Under the pieces are notes generated by a model. The model saw only the letters and a program-made list of their open reading frames with translations, did not search any database and had not been told where the DNA came from. The translations under genes were made by a program, and so were the position numbers. DNA of 55,267 nt, from assembly GCA_964412305.1 (NCBI GenBank), contig CAYPNJ010000001.1:1-55267 (forward strand), read 5' to 3'. Below, piece by piece: positions 19,410-29,130 of this stretch (positions are counted from its first letter, which is position 1; every line of letters starts with the position of its first letter). Source of the stretch: an uncultured Lutibacter sp. Its GTDB lineage: Bacteria; Bacteroidota; Bacteroidia; Flavobacteriales; Flavobacteriaceae.

Positions 19410-20360
19410 ATGAAACATTACACAAGTATAAAAAATATTCAAAACATACAGTTAGTTGTTCAAGAAGCTATTGAGTTAAAGAAAGAACCATTGCAGTTTA
19501 ATACATTAGGTAAAGGAAAAACTATTTGTTTGTTGTTTTTTAATAACAGTTTACGTACACGATTAAGTACTCAAAAAGCAGCTCAAAATTTAGGAATGCA
19601 CACTATTGTGATGAATTTTGGAAATGAAGGTTGGCAGTTAGAATTTGAAGATGGTGTTGTGATGAATGAAAATAAATCGGAACATATTAAGGAAGCAGCT
19701 AAAGTAATTTCTCAATATTGCGATATTGTGGCAATTAGAGCATTTGCATCGTTAACAGATAAAGAAAAGGATGAAGCCGAAATGGTATTGAATAATTTTA
19801 AAAAATACGCGAACGTTCCTGTTGTAAACATGGAAAGTGCCATTGGTCATCCATTACAAGCACTGGCTGATGCAATTACTATTGAAGAATATAAAACAGT
19901 TAAAAAGCCTAAAGTTGTGTTGTCGTGGGCACCTCATCCAAAGGCATTGCCGCATGCAGTTGCTAATTCTTTTATTGAAATGATGCAATTACAAGATGCA
20001 GATTTTGTAATTACACACCCTGAAGGTTATGAGTTAAATCCAGCAATAACTAAAAATTCAGTGATTGAATACAATCAGGAAAAAGCATTTGAAAATGCAG
20101 ATTTTATTTATGTGAAAAACTGGAGTTCGTATAAAAGTTATGGGAAGGTTTTAAAAACAGATGCAAGTTGGATGATTACGGCTGATAAAATGAAATTGAC
20201 AAGCAATGCGAAATTTATGCATTGTTTACCAGTGAGAAGAAATGTTGTTGTAGCTGACGAAGTAATAGATTCTGAAAATTCTATTGTAATTGAACAAGCA
20301 AATAACAGAACATTTTCGGCTCAAATTGTATTGAAGAAAATATTGGAAAATAATGGTTAA
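19410..20360 (+). CDS. argF: N-acylornithine carbamoyltransferase (ArgF'), predicted N-succinylornithine-specific
   Basis: FFNNSLRTR, HPLQALAD, WAPHPKALP, HCLPVRRN; Ser90 in KSEH. Confidence 0.92.
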   Translation: MKHYTSIKNIQNIQLVVQEAIELKKEPLQFNTLGKGKTICLLFFNNSLRTRLSTQKAAQNLGMHTIVMNFGNEGWQLEFEDGVVMNENKSEHIKEAAKVISQYCDIVAIRAFASLTDKEKDEAEMVLNNFKKYANVPVVNMESAIGHPLQALADAITIEEYKTVKKPKVVLSWAPHPKALPHAVANSFIEMMQLQDADFVITHPEGYELNPAITKNSVIEYNQEKAFENADFIYVKNWSSYKSYGKVLKTDASWMITADKMKLTSNAKFMHCLPVRRNVVVADEVIDSENSIVIEQANNRTFSAQIVLKKILENNG

Positions 20361-21138
20361 ACAAATACTGCATATTGTCAAAATTGGTGGAAATGTTATT
20401 AATAATAAAGGAGCATTAACTTCATTTTTAAAAGATTTTTCAGAGCTAGAAGGGTTTAAAATTTTAGTTCACGGTGGAGGGAAAAGAGCAACAGAAATTG
20501 CTTCAGAAATGGGTTTAAAACCTAAAATGATACAAGGAAGAAGAGTAACAGACGAAGCTAATTTAGAAGTGGTAACAATGGTGTATGCAGGTTTGTTGAA
20601 TAAAAATATAGCGGCACAGCTACAGCAAAACAATTGCAATGCTTTAGGATTGTCTGGTGCTGATGCAAATTGTATGTTGGCTCACAAGCGTATAGTAAAA
20701 GAAATTGATTACGGTTTTGCAGGTGATATTGATACAGTGAACTATCAAATAATAAATGTTTTTTTACAGAATAAGATAACGCCTGTTTTTTGCGCAATTA
20801 CGCATGATAAAAAAGGACAATTGTTGAATACAAATGCAGATACTATTGCTTCAGAAGTAGCAATTGCAATGAGTAAATTTTTTAATGTAGAATTAAATTA
20901 TGTGTTTGAATTAAAAGGAGTTTTAGAAACTATAGAAGATAAAAATTCAGTAATTAAAGACATAAACTTAAATAAATATGAACAGTTAGTTGAGCAGGGT
21001 ATTATTTCAGATGGGATGATTCCTAAACTTCATAATTGTTTTAATGCATTAAAAAAAGGAGTTCAAAAAGTGAAGATAGGAGATGATTCTCTAATTAAAG
21101 GAACTGATAAATTATATACAACATTAAGTTTAAAATAA
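20353..21138 (+). CDS. argB: Acetylglutamate kinase
   Basis: VKIGG, VHGGG, GRRVTD, LLNTNADT, GMIPKL. Confidence 0.96.
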   Translation: MVKQILHIVKIGGNVINNKGALTSFLKDFSELEGFKILVHGGGKRATEIASEMGLKPKMIQGRRVTDEANLEVVTMVYAGLLNKNIAAQLQQNNCNALGLSGADANCMLAHKRIVKEIDYGFAGDIDTVNYQIINVFLQNKITPVFCAITHDKKGQLLNTNADTIASEVAIAMSKFFNVELNYVFELKGVLETIEDKNSVIKDINLNKYEQLVEQGIISDGMIPKLHNCFNALKKGVQKVKIGDDSLIKGTDKLYTTLSLK

Positions 21139-22196
21139 TGATAGAACAATTAACAAAAGAAGCTCTTGAATTGCTTAAAAATTTAATTTCAAAGCAATCA
21201 TTTTCAGGTGAAGAAAATGAAACAGCATTGTTAATCATGCAATGGTTTTCTAGTCACGATATTAAATTTGAAAGTGACAAGCATAATGTTTGGGCGAAAA
21301 ATAAACATTTTGATGCTTCCAAAAAAACAATACTTTTAAACTCGCATCATGATACTGTTAAGCCGAATAAAGGATATACAAAAGACCCATTAAATCCTGA
21401 AGTTATAGCTGGTAAATTATATGGTTTAGGGAGTAATGATGCCGGTGGTTGTTTGGTGTCTTTATTAGCAACTTTCACGTATTTTTATAGTAGAGAAAAT
21501 TTAAATTATAATTTTGTAATTGTTGCCTCGGCCGAGGAAGAAAATTCGGGTCCGAATGGTTTAAATAGTATGCTAAAAATTATTCCTGAAATTGATTTTG
21601 CAATTGTTGGTGAGCCAACATTGATGCAATTGGCAATTGCAGAAAAAGGCTTAATGGTTTTAAATGGTGAAGCAAAAGGAACCGCAGGTCACGCAGCACA
21701 CGGAATAGGTGATAACGCAATTTACAATGCGATTGAAGATATAAACTGGTTTCAAAATTTTGAATTTCCAAAGTTTTCTGAAACTTTAGGGAAAGTTAAA
21801 ATGACGGTTACACAAATTGAAGCAGGACACCAGCACAATGTAATACCGGCAAGTTGTAAATATGTGGTTGATGTTAGAGTTACAGATGCTTATAGCAATC
21901 AGGAAGTTTTGGATATTATTAAATCAAATGTGAAGTCTGAAATATGTCCAAGGTCACTTCGCTTAAATTCTTCATCCATATCAAAAAATCATCCAATTGT
22001 TGAAGCAGGAATTAAATTAGGAAGGGAAACGTATGGTTCTCCAACATTGTCAGATCAAGCGGTTTTAAATTGCCCATCCTTAAAATTAGGACCAGGGCAA
22101 AGTTTACGTTCACATACTGCTGATGAGTTTATTTACATTAATGAAATTGAAGAAGGCGTTGATTTATATATTAAGATATTAGAAGAAATAATATAA
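21138..22196 (+). CDS. argE: M20 metallohydrolase, ArgE-type acylornithine/acylcitrulline deacylase
   Basis: LNSHHDTV, GLGSNDAGG, AEEE, VGEPT, SHTADE; operon context. Confidence 0.88.
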   Translation: MIEQLTKEALELLKNLISKQSFSGEENETALLIMQWFSSHDIKFESDKHNVWAKNKHFDASKKTILLNSHHDTVKPNKGYTKDPLNPEVIAGKLYGLGSNDAGGCLVSLLATFTYFYSRENLNYNFVIVASAEEENSGPNGLNSMLKIIPEIDFAIVGEPTLMQLAIAEKGLMVLNGEAKGTAGHAAHGIGDNAIYNAIEDINWFQNFEFPKFSETLGKVKMTVTQIEAGHQHNVIPASCKYVVDVRVTDAYSNQEVLDIIKSNVKSEICPRSLRLNSSSISKNHPIVEAGIKLGRETYGSPTLSDQAVLNCPSLKLGPGQSLRSHTADEFIYINEIEEGVDLYIKILEEII

Positions 22197-22200
22197 TAAA

Positions 22201-22261
22201 TGTTGAATTGTTTAACTGTTGAAAAGTGTAAAAAAGCATTAAACAAATTAATTATTTAACA
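22201..22261. repeat. Inverted arrays of degenerate 8-mer tandem repeats
   Basis: TGTTGAAT-TGTTTAAC-TGTTGAAA followed by reverse-oriented ATTAAACA and ATTTAACA, between argE and argH. Confidence 0.5.
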
Positions 22262-22274
22262 AAAAGCAGAAATT

Positions 22275-23552
22275 ATGAAACTTTGGGATAAAGGATTTTC
22301 AACCGATAAAAAAATAGACTTATTTACTGTTGGTAATGACAGAGAATTAGATTTAATTTTAGCAAAATACGATGTCATAGGGAATGTTGCACACGCAAAA
22401 ATGTTGCAGAGTATTGGATTGTTAACTTCGGAAGAATTAAAAGATTTAGAAGTTGAATTAGCCTCAATTTTAAAAACTATTGAAAAGGGTGAATTTGTTA
22501 TTGAAGATTCTTTTGAAGATGTGCATTCTAAAGTAGAATTTTTATTAACTAAAAAGTTAGGTGATACCGGTAAAAAGATACATACAGCACGTTCAAGAAA
22601 CGATCAGGTTTTGGTAGATGTGCATTTATATTTAAAAGATGCGTTGAACGAAATAAATGACGAAGTTGATGAGCTTTTCGACTTGTTAATTTCATTAGCT
22701 GAACAATATAAAGGAGTGTTGTTACCAGGTTATACACATTTGCAAGTTGCAATGCCGTCATCATTTGGGTTGTGGTTTTCTGCGTATGCAGAAACTTTGA
22801 TTGATGATATTTATTTCTTAAAAGCAGCCTATAAAGTGGCCGATCAAAATCCGTTAGGTTCTGCAGCAGGTTATGGTAGTTCATTTCCAATTGACAGAGA
22901 TTTCACAACCAAAGAGCTAAATTTTGAAACATTAAAATTTAATTCTGTAGCCGCTCAAATGGGAAGAGGTAAATTAGAAAAGTCTGTAGCGTTTGCCATA
23001 AGTTCAGTTGCAAGTACGTTGTCAAAAATGAGTATGGATATTTGTTTGTATATGAGTCAGAATTTTAGCTTTATTTCATTTCCAGATGAATTAACAACAG
23101 GTTCAAGTATTATGCCTCATAAAAAAAACCCGGATGTTTTTGAATTGATTAGAGGGAAATGTAACAAATTACAAGCCTTACCTTATGAATTTACATTAAT
23201 TACCAATAATCTTCCAAGTGGTTATCACAGAGATTTACAATTGTTAAAAGAAGGGTTAATCCCTTCATTTTCCACCTTAAAATCGTGTTTAGAAATGTTA
23301 ACCTATTCATTAAAAAATATTCAAGTAAAAGAGAATATTGTTAAAGATGAAAAATATTTATATTTGTTTAGTGTTGAGGAAGTTAATAAATTAGTTCAAA
23401 GTGGAATTCCTTTCAGAGATGCCTACAAAATTGTAGGGAAAAACATTAATGAAGGTAATTTCAATCCAGACAAAAATGTGGTACATTCTCACAAAGGAAG
23501 TTTAGGTAATTTATGTTTAGATGAGATTGTTGAGAAGAAGAAAAATGCTTAA
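22275..23552 (+). CDS. argH: Argininosuccinate lyase
   Basis: HTARSRNDQ, PGYTHLQ, TGSSIMPHKKNPD. Confidence 0.97.
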   Translation: MKLWDKGFSTDKKIDLFTVGNDRELDLILAKYDVIGNVAHAKMLQSIGLLTSEELKDLEVELASILKTIEKGEFVIEDSFEDVHSKVEFLLTKKLGDTGKKIHTARSRNDQVLVDVHLYLKDALNEINDEVDELFDLLISLAEQYKGVLLPGYTHLQVAMPSSFGLWFSAYAETLIDDIYFLKAAYKVADQNPLGSAAGYGSSFPIDRDFTTKELNFETLKFNSVAAQMGRGKLEKSVAFAISSVASTLSKMSMDICLYMSQNFSFISFPDELTTGSSIMPHKKNPDVFELIRGKCNKLQALPYEFTLITNNLPSGYHRDLQLLKEGLIPSFSTLKSCLEMLTYSLKNIQVKENIVKDEKYLYLFSVEEVNKLVQSGIPFRDAYKIVGKNINEGNFNPDKNVVHSHKGSLGNLCLDEIVEKKKNA

Positions 23553-23558
23553 TGAATG

Positions 23559-23689
23559 TTAAGAAGTTGTTTGGGAATTGGCGTCATTCTGAATTTATTT
23601 CAGAATCTCATTAGGATGGTTATTAAATATTATGAGAACCTGAATTAAGTTCAGGTTGACGAAAATATAAATTTCAAACAACTTCTTAA
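23559..23689. repeat. Branched palindromic element (REP/MITE-like) between convergent genes
   Basis: Perfect 15-bp outer inverted repeat TTAAGAAGTTGTTTG/CAAACAACTTCTTAA enclosing CGTCA..TGACG and three internal hairpins. Confidence 0.8.
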
Positions 23690-23697
23690 ATTAGTTT

Positions 23698-25158
23698 TTA
23701 ATCCATTACAAATTTAAAACCTGCTGAAATTATTCCTGCTTTAAGACCTGTATTTCTTTTATAAGAATTGTATTTTACATCAATACTTTTTAAGCCTAAT
23801 TTCCAGACTTTTCGTTTTGCAAAAATATCGGTGTAGGAAAAACCAAAACCAATTTGACTTGAATTGAATTCAGATAAATCATAATCTGATGTGTAAAATT
23901 CTTCAGTAGAAGTATGTTGTTCAAAAGGTGCAAAATAATCGGCCGCAGTTTGTGTGTAATACCTGTACGAAGGATATAAAGTAAACGTGTCAGAAATTTT
24001 AATTGGCAATTCAATTTCAGCAGTTGAAGATTGTACGCCCCAATCGTCATAATAATAACGGTAGTATGTTCTTAATGAAACAGACTCATTAATATATTGA
24101 TTGAAACGAATTCCAATAGGTAATTTAAAACGGGAATCTGGTAAGCGTTCAATATCATCAGCTAACTGAAATACATCTGTATTAGTTGGTGAGGTGTAAT
24201 TGGAAATGCTTGAAGGATTTCCAATATAATAATTATCCCTGTCAGAAAAATAGACACGTTGCATAGGATTTGCTAACCAACCATCTTGTTGAACTAAATC
24301 AAAAAATATTGATATTTGTGATTTTTTACTCAAAATTTGAGACAAGCTAAATGATACGGAATAGGTGTTTCGTGAATTGTTGTCAACAAGTGTATTTTTA
24401 AACGGACTCCACACATTTGCACCATTTTTATCAATCGTATTTCCGTTCTGATCTAAAATATCAACATTTTCAAAATGCCCATCATTTAAATTTTGATTGT
24501 CATCTAAATAGGAATCTAATTCAGTAGGGTAAACAGGGCTCCAATTGTCTAAATATATATTGGCTTTTAAACCAATTTCAGTATTTTTTTCATTGAAAAG
24601 TTTTGTGAAACTACCACCAACACCTATTGAAGTGTAATCATATTCTTTTGCAAAACTTACATTTGCACCTAAAATGGTATTTCTGTCATCTGAAGAATGA
24701 CTATAGCTTAAGTTTAAACTAGTCCAAACATCAGCCTTTGAAGCTCCAGAAGATTCAACCCAAGGGCTTGCAGCATTTGTAGCTAAATTTTGGTAATTTG
24801 TAGTACTACTTTTGTTATCACTATCACTATCATCAGATGATGCGCTTGAAACATCAAAAGGATCTAAATTACTTGAAGATGCAGATGTGTAAGCAGAAAT
24901 TGTTGCATCAATTGTGAATACGTCATCATCATTTAATGGAATTGACACCACAAAATTTGTTGCAATATCTTTTAATTCTTCAGTTCCAATACCTCCGGTA
25001 ACAGCTGCATTATCGCCATCTTGTGTATAAAAGCTTGAAATAATGTCAACTTCAGCAGTTTCTAAAACTCTTTTCTTATATTCAGTATTATTAGTTGTTG
25101 ATTGTGAATATCCAACTATGGAAATAAACAATATACTTAGTATTATAATTTTTTTCAT
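23698..25158 (-). CDS. DUF3570-family exported, probable outer-membrane beta-barrel protein
   Basis: Signal peptide MKKIIILSILF (start 25158, not 25296); ERLPDSR, YYRYYYDDWG, RYYTQTAADYF, YTSDYDLS motifs; SGAS motif; next to apbE. Confidence 0.85.
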   Translation of the reverse strand: MKKIIILSILFISIVGYSQSTTNNTEYKKRVLETAEVDIISSFYTQDGDNAAVTGGIGTEELKDIATNFVVSIPLNDDDVFTIDATISAYTSASSSNLDPFDVSSASSDDSDSDNKSSTTNYQNLATNAASPWVESSGASKADVWTSLNLSYSHSSDDRNTILGANVSFAKEYDYTSIGVGGSFTKLFNEKNTEIGLKANIYLDNWSPVYPTELDSYLDDNQNLNDGHFENVDILDQNGNTIDKNGANVWSPFKNTLVDNNSRNTYSVSFSLSQILSKKSQISIFFDLVQQDGWLANPMQRVYFSDRDNYYIGNPSSISNYTSPTNTDVFQLADDIERLPDSRFKLPIGIRFNQYINESVSLRTYYRYYYDDWGVQSSTAEIELPIKISDTFTLYPSYRYYTQTAADYFAPFEQHTSTEEFYTSDYDLSEFNSSQIGFGFSYTDIFAKRKVWKLGLKSIDVKYNSYKRNTGLKAGIISAGFKFVMD

Positions 25159-25171
25159 TGTTTTCTTATAA

Positions 25172-25384
25172 TTAATTACAACCGCAGCCTCCACCAGATT
25201 TCCCTCCATTTGCTCCAGATGCAGCTTCTCTATACACTTGAAAACTGGTTTCAAATTTGTTCGATTTTTTTGAAGATAAAAGCATATCAGGATCATTTAA
25301 ATATACTTTTTCATATTCTTTAACAACTACACATGATGTTAAAGAACAGATGGATAGCAGTAATAAACTTATTTTTTTAATCAT
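25172..25384 (-). CDS. DUF4266-family small lipoprotein
   Basis: Lipobox LTSC and C-terminal REAASGANGGKSGGGCGCN. Confidence 0.88.
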   Translation of the reverse strand: MIKKISLLLLSICSLTSCVVVKEYEKVYLNDPDMLLSSKKSNKFETSFQVYREAASGANGGKSGGGCGCN

Positions 25385-26364
25385 AACTTGTTAATATTTA
25401 TATTTTTTGAAGTGTGAATTTTTCCTGTATTATCAATAATAATACATTCAATATGTTTTAATTGATTTATTCTATTTATGCCAACATTAGTTCCCATTAC
25501 AAAAATTGAGGTTGCTAAAGCATCGGCAATTTCAGCCTTTGGAGCAAATACCGAAACACTAATAATTCCGTTTGAAGGATAGCCAGTTCTAGGGTCAATA
25601 ATATGTGTATATCGCTTATTATTAAAGGTTACATATTTTTCATAATTTCCTGAAGTAACAACAGCGCCATTGCTAATTGGTAACATGGCAAATGTTTTAT
25701 TTTTATTTAAAGGGTTTGTAATTGCTACTTTCCAATCATCTCCATTTGGTTGTTTCCCCCACGTATTCATATCGCCAGATGCATTTATAATTCCTGCTTT
25801 TACACCTTTAGAGATCAATAATTTTTTTGCTTTATCAGCGGCATATCCTTTACCAATACCTCCAAAACCTATTTTCATTCCTTTTAATTTTAGAAAAACA
25901 GTTTGGTTTTCGTTGTTAAGAAGTATGTTTTGATAGCCAACTTTTGAAACTGAATTTTTGATTTTTTCTTCCGAAGGCATTACTTTCATGCTTCCATCAA
26001 ATTTCCATATGTTATCCATAGAAGCATAACTAATATCAAAAGCACCATCAGTTAGTTTAGAAATTGCAATAGCCCTTTCAATAAGATTAAATAATTCTTT
26101 ATCAACCTTTACAGGTTTTATTCCTGCATTTTTTATAATGTTTGAAGTTTGAGAGTTTAGATCCCAAGAGGATATTAATTTTTCAATTCTTGAAATTTCT
26201 GCAATAGCAATTTCGATATATTTGCTTGCTATCAAAGAATCATTAGCAACTACAGAAATATCAAAACGACTTCCCATTAATTTTAAGGTCTGTCTATGCA
26301 TTTGTTGTGCATAGAAGTTGATGGTAAAAAACAGAAATAGAGTTAAAATAGCGTATTTTTTCAT
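25381..26364 (-). CDS. apbE: FAD:protein FMN transferase
   Basis: LMGS, TDGAFDIS, GGIGKGYAAD, NASGD, TSGNYE, HIIDPRTG, ADALATS. Confidence 0.95.
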   Translation of the reverse strand: MKKYAILTLFLFFTINFYAQQMHRQTLKLMGSRFDISVVANDSLIASKYIEIAIAEISRIEKLISSWDLNSQTSNIIKNAGIKPVKVDKELFNLIERAIAISKLTDGAFDISYASMDNIWKFDGSMKVMPSEEKIKNSVSKVGYQNILLNNENQTVFLKLKGMKIGFGGIGKGYAADKAKKLLISKGVKAGIINASGDMNTWGKQPNGDDWKVAITNPLNKNKTFAMLPISNGAVVTSGNYEKYVTFNNKRYTHIIDPRTGYPSNGIISVSVFAPKAEIADALATSIFVMGTNVGINRINQLKHIECIIIDNTGKIHTSKNININKL

Positions 26365-26368
26365 AAAA

Positions 26369-26800
26369 CTAAAAAGAGGCTAATAATTTAATATAAGCTG
26401 TTGGGGTTGTTTTTTTATAGCCAGTACTTCCAAGTGCTTTTCCATTCTTATCTAGAACAACAACAAACGGAAAATAACCTCTTAGATTATATTTTTCCAT
26501 CAATTGGTTGTTTTGAAGTTGTTGCGCTTTAGTTAGCTTATTTTTTTTCTTTCTAGGGAAATCAGCTTTTACCAATACAAAATTGTTTTCAGCATACGTT
26601 TTAAATTCTTCTGAACTCCATACTTCTCGATCCAATTTAATACAAGGTGCACACCAATCTGAACCTTGAAAAACCAAAACAATATCTCGGTCTTTTTCAG
26701 TTGCAATTTTTTTGGCTGTATCAATATTAGTATGCCATTCTTGTGCGTTTACAAGAAAAAAAGAGAAAAATAAAAGGGTACTTAAAGTTAATTTTTGCAT
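26369..26800 (-). CDS. Exported thioredoxin-family protein
   Basis: Signal peptide (VNA-QEW), FQGSDWCAPC active site, cis-Pro YFP; likely start ATG 26800. Confidence 0.9.
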   Translation of the reverse strand: MQKLTLSTLLFFSFFLVNAQEWHTNIDTAKKIATEKDRDIVLVFQGSDWCAPCIKLDREVWSSEEFKTYAENNFVLVKADFPRKKKNKLTKAQQLQNNQLMEKYNLRGYFPFVVVLDKNGKALGSTGYKKTTPTAYIKLLASF

Positions 26801-26917
26801 TTTGTAAATGATTTTTATCAATGGTCGTAATAGTTTTAACTTAATAACAAAGAATAGGCTTAAAACCCTACCTTGATTTTTTATTTATTTAAAACGCACA
26901 AAATATCATTTAAGTAT

Positions 26918-27604
26918 TTAGCTGCAAGCTTGCCAAATAACTTCTTTTGGAGTTGGAGCAGTTATTAGTATGGTTTCTTTAGTAACAGGGTGAGTAAATT
27001 CAATTTTTCTGGCATGTAAATGAATACTAGCATCTTTATTACTTCTGTTAAAACCATATTTTAAATCACCTTTAATAGGTGATCCAATGGCCGCTAACTG
27101 ACATCTAATTTGGTGATGGCGACCCGTTTCTAAATCAACTTCGAGAAGGTGATAATTATCTAAAGATTTTAATAATTTATAATGCAGCGTAGCTTTTTTA
27201 CTTCCTTCAATTTCAGAAGAATATGAAGTGGATTTATTATTTTTTGGATTTTTTTTAAGAAAACCAGTTAGCGTATCAACATCTTTTTTCGGTTTGTTTT
27301 TAACCACTGCCCAGTACGTTTTACTCACTGTTTTATCACGTAACATTTTGTTAAACCGTTCTAATGCTTTTGAGGTTCTAGCAAAAACTACAATGCCAGT
27401 TGTTGGTCTATCCAATCTATGAACAACACCTAAAAAAACATTTCCAGGTTTGTTGTATTTTTCTTTAATATATTCTTTAACAATTTCACTTAAAGGAGTG
27501 TCTCCAGTTTTATCTCCCTGCACAATATCACCCGATTGTTTATTAATTACAATTAAGTGGTTGTCTTCAAATAATACGTGCAAATTATTTTTGGTTGAAG
27601 CCAT
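26918..27604 (-). CDS. RluA-family RNA pseudouridine synthase
   Basis: VHRLDRPTTG, TGRHHQIR, PIKGDLKYG, LHA. Confidence 0.93.
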   Translation of the reverse strand: MASTKNNLHVLFEDNHLIVINKQSGDIVQGDKTGDTPLSEIVKEYIKEKYNKPGNVFLGVVHRLDRPTTGIVVFARTSKALERFNKMLRDKTVSKTYWAVVKNKPKKDVDTLTGFLKKNPKNNKSTSYSSEIEGSKKATLHYKLLKSLDNYHLLEVDLETGRHHQIRCQLAAIGSPIKGDLKYGFNRSNKDASIHLHARKIEFTHPVTKETILITAPTPKEVIWQACS

Positions 27605-27605
27605 T

Positions 27606-28217
27606 TTACAAATTCTCAGTAAGCTGTTGGTTTACATTGTTTATATATGTAAGTAATTCTTCTTTTCCGTTTGAAGAAGTTGCAGAAGTAATAAAATATT
27701 GGGGCATTGTTTCCCAAAGAGTACTCGTCATTTTTTTAGTGTAAATTTGTATATTTCTATTTAATTCAGAGAGTTTTAATTTATCTGATTTTGTGAAAAC
27801 AACACAAAAAGGGATTTCACTTTTACCTAAAAACTCCATAAACTCTAAATCAATTTTTTGAGGCTCATGTCTGCAATCAATCAAAACAAATGTGCAAATT
27901 AATTGTTCTCGTTGAATGAAATAATTTTTTATAAAACTTTGGAAAGTTCTCTTGATTGATTTTGAAACTTTTGCATAACCGTATCCTGGTAAATCAACTA
28001 AAAACCAACTATTGTTAATTTTAAAATGATTTATAAGTTGTGTTTTCCCTGGTCTTCCTGAAGTTTTAGCTAACTTGTTTTGACCAGTTAGCATATTTAT
28101 TAAAGATGATTTTCCAACATTAGACCTTCCAATAAATGCGTATTCAGGAAGTCTTTCTTTTGGGCATTTAGCGACATCTGAATTGCTAATTACAAAATCA
28201 GCAGTTTTAATTTTCAT
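27606..28217 (-). CDS. engB: Ribosome biogenesis GTPase EngB/YihA/YsxC
   Basis: GRSNVGKSS, PGKTQ, DLPGYG, TKSDK. Confidence 0.95.
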   Translation of the reverse strand: MKIKTADFVISNSDVAKCPKERLPEYAFIGRSNVGKSSLINMLTGQNKLAKTSGRPGKTQLINHFKINNSWFLVDLPGYGYAKVSKSIKRTFQSFIKNYFIQREQLICTFVLIDCRHEPQKIDLEFMEFLGKSEIPFCVVFTKSDKLKLSELNRNIQIYTKKMTSTLWETMPQYFITSATSSNGKEELLTYINNVNQQLTENL

Positions 28218-28220
28218 TGC

Positions 28221-28985
28221 TTATAAGTTTCGTTTTTTTAACCAGTTTTCAAGAATTTGATTAAATTCTTCGGGATGTTCCATCATAGGTGTATGTCCAC
28301 ATTTGTCAATCCAAAATAAATTAGCATCAGGCATTAATTTTTCAAAATCTTCAGCTACCTCAGGAGGAGTTACAGTATCATTTTTTCCCCAAATTAAGCA
28401 AGTAGGAGTATCCATTTCAGGTAAATCTTTTGCCATATTGTGCCTAATTGCACTTTTAGCTATGGATAAAGTTCTTATAACTTTATGTCTGTCATTAACG
28501 GAAGCAAAAACTTCATCAACCATTTCTTTAGTAGCAACTTTAGGGTCGTAAAAAACCTCTTCGGTTTTAGTTTTTATATAGTTATAATCGCCTCTTTTTG
28601 GATACGTATCACCCATAGATTTTTCATATAAACCTGAACTTCCAGTTAAAATAAGTCCAGTCACATTTTTCAAATTTAATTTTGTAAAATACAATGCAAT
28701 GTGTCCTCCTAATGAGTTTCCTAGTAAAATTGTGCTATCAATATTTTTAAAAGCCATAAATTCTTTTAGGAATTTAGAAATATTTTTAACATTGGTTTTT
28801 AATAAGGGTAAAGTATATATAGGTAATTCGGGAATAATTACTTTATATCCATTAGCTGAAAAATGGCTTAAAACGCTGTCAAAATTACTCAAGGTTCCCA
28901 TAAGTCCATGAAGTACAATTATGGGTTTCCCCTCACCAGCCTCAACATAACTAAATTTCCCTTCTGTTTTAAGATTGTAACTCAT
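28221..28985 (-). CDS. Alpha/beta fold hydrolase
   Basis: LHGLMG, GNSLGG nucleophile elbow, WGKND, CGHTPMMEHP. Confidence 0.92.
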   Translation of the reverse strand: MSYNLKTEGKFSYVEAGEGKPIIVLHGLMGTLSNFDSVLSHFSANGYKVIIPELPIYTLPLLKTNVKNISKFLKEFMAFKNIDSTILLGNSLGGHIALYFTKLNLKNVTGLILTGSSGLYEKSMGDTYPKRGDYNYIKTKTEEVFYDPKVATKEMVDEVFASVNDRHKVIRTLSIAKSAIRHNMAKDLPEMDTPTCLIWGKNDTVTPPEVAEDFEKLMPDANLFWIDKCGHTPMMEHPEEFNQILENWLKKRNL

Positions 28986-29010
28986 TAAATTTTTGATTTT
29001 AAGCTTGTGG

Positions 29011-29018
29011 CAAAGTTA
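29011..29018 (-). promoter_or_regulatory. Putative -7 element for the hydrolase-engB-rluA operon
   Basis: TAACTTTG on the minus strand, 25 nt upstream of the ATG. Confidence 0.6.
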
Positions 29019-29130
29019 ACTTTTTTTTCTAAAATACAGCTTTTTTATAAATACTAACAAATTAAGTTTTAACTACCTGTATTTCAAAATTATAGTCCAA
29101 AATATGGAGTAAAGGTTAAAAGTTATCAAC

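Noticed and set aside
23559-23689. Palindromic element as a CRISPR array or a tRNA
   Set aside because: No repeat-spacer periodicity, no cas genes, and no tRNA D/T-loop consensus.
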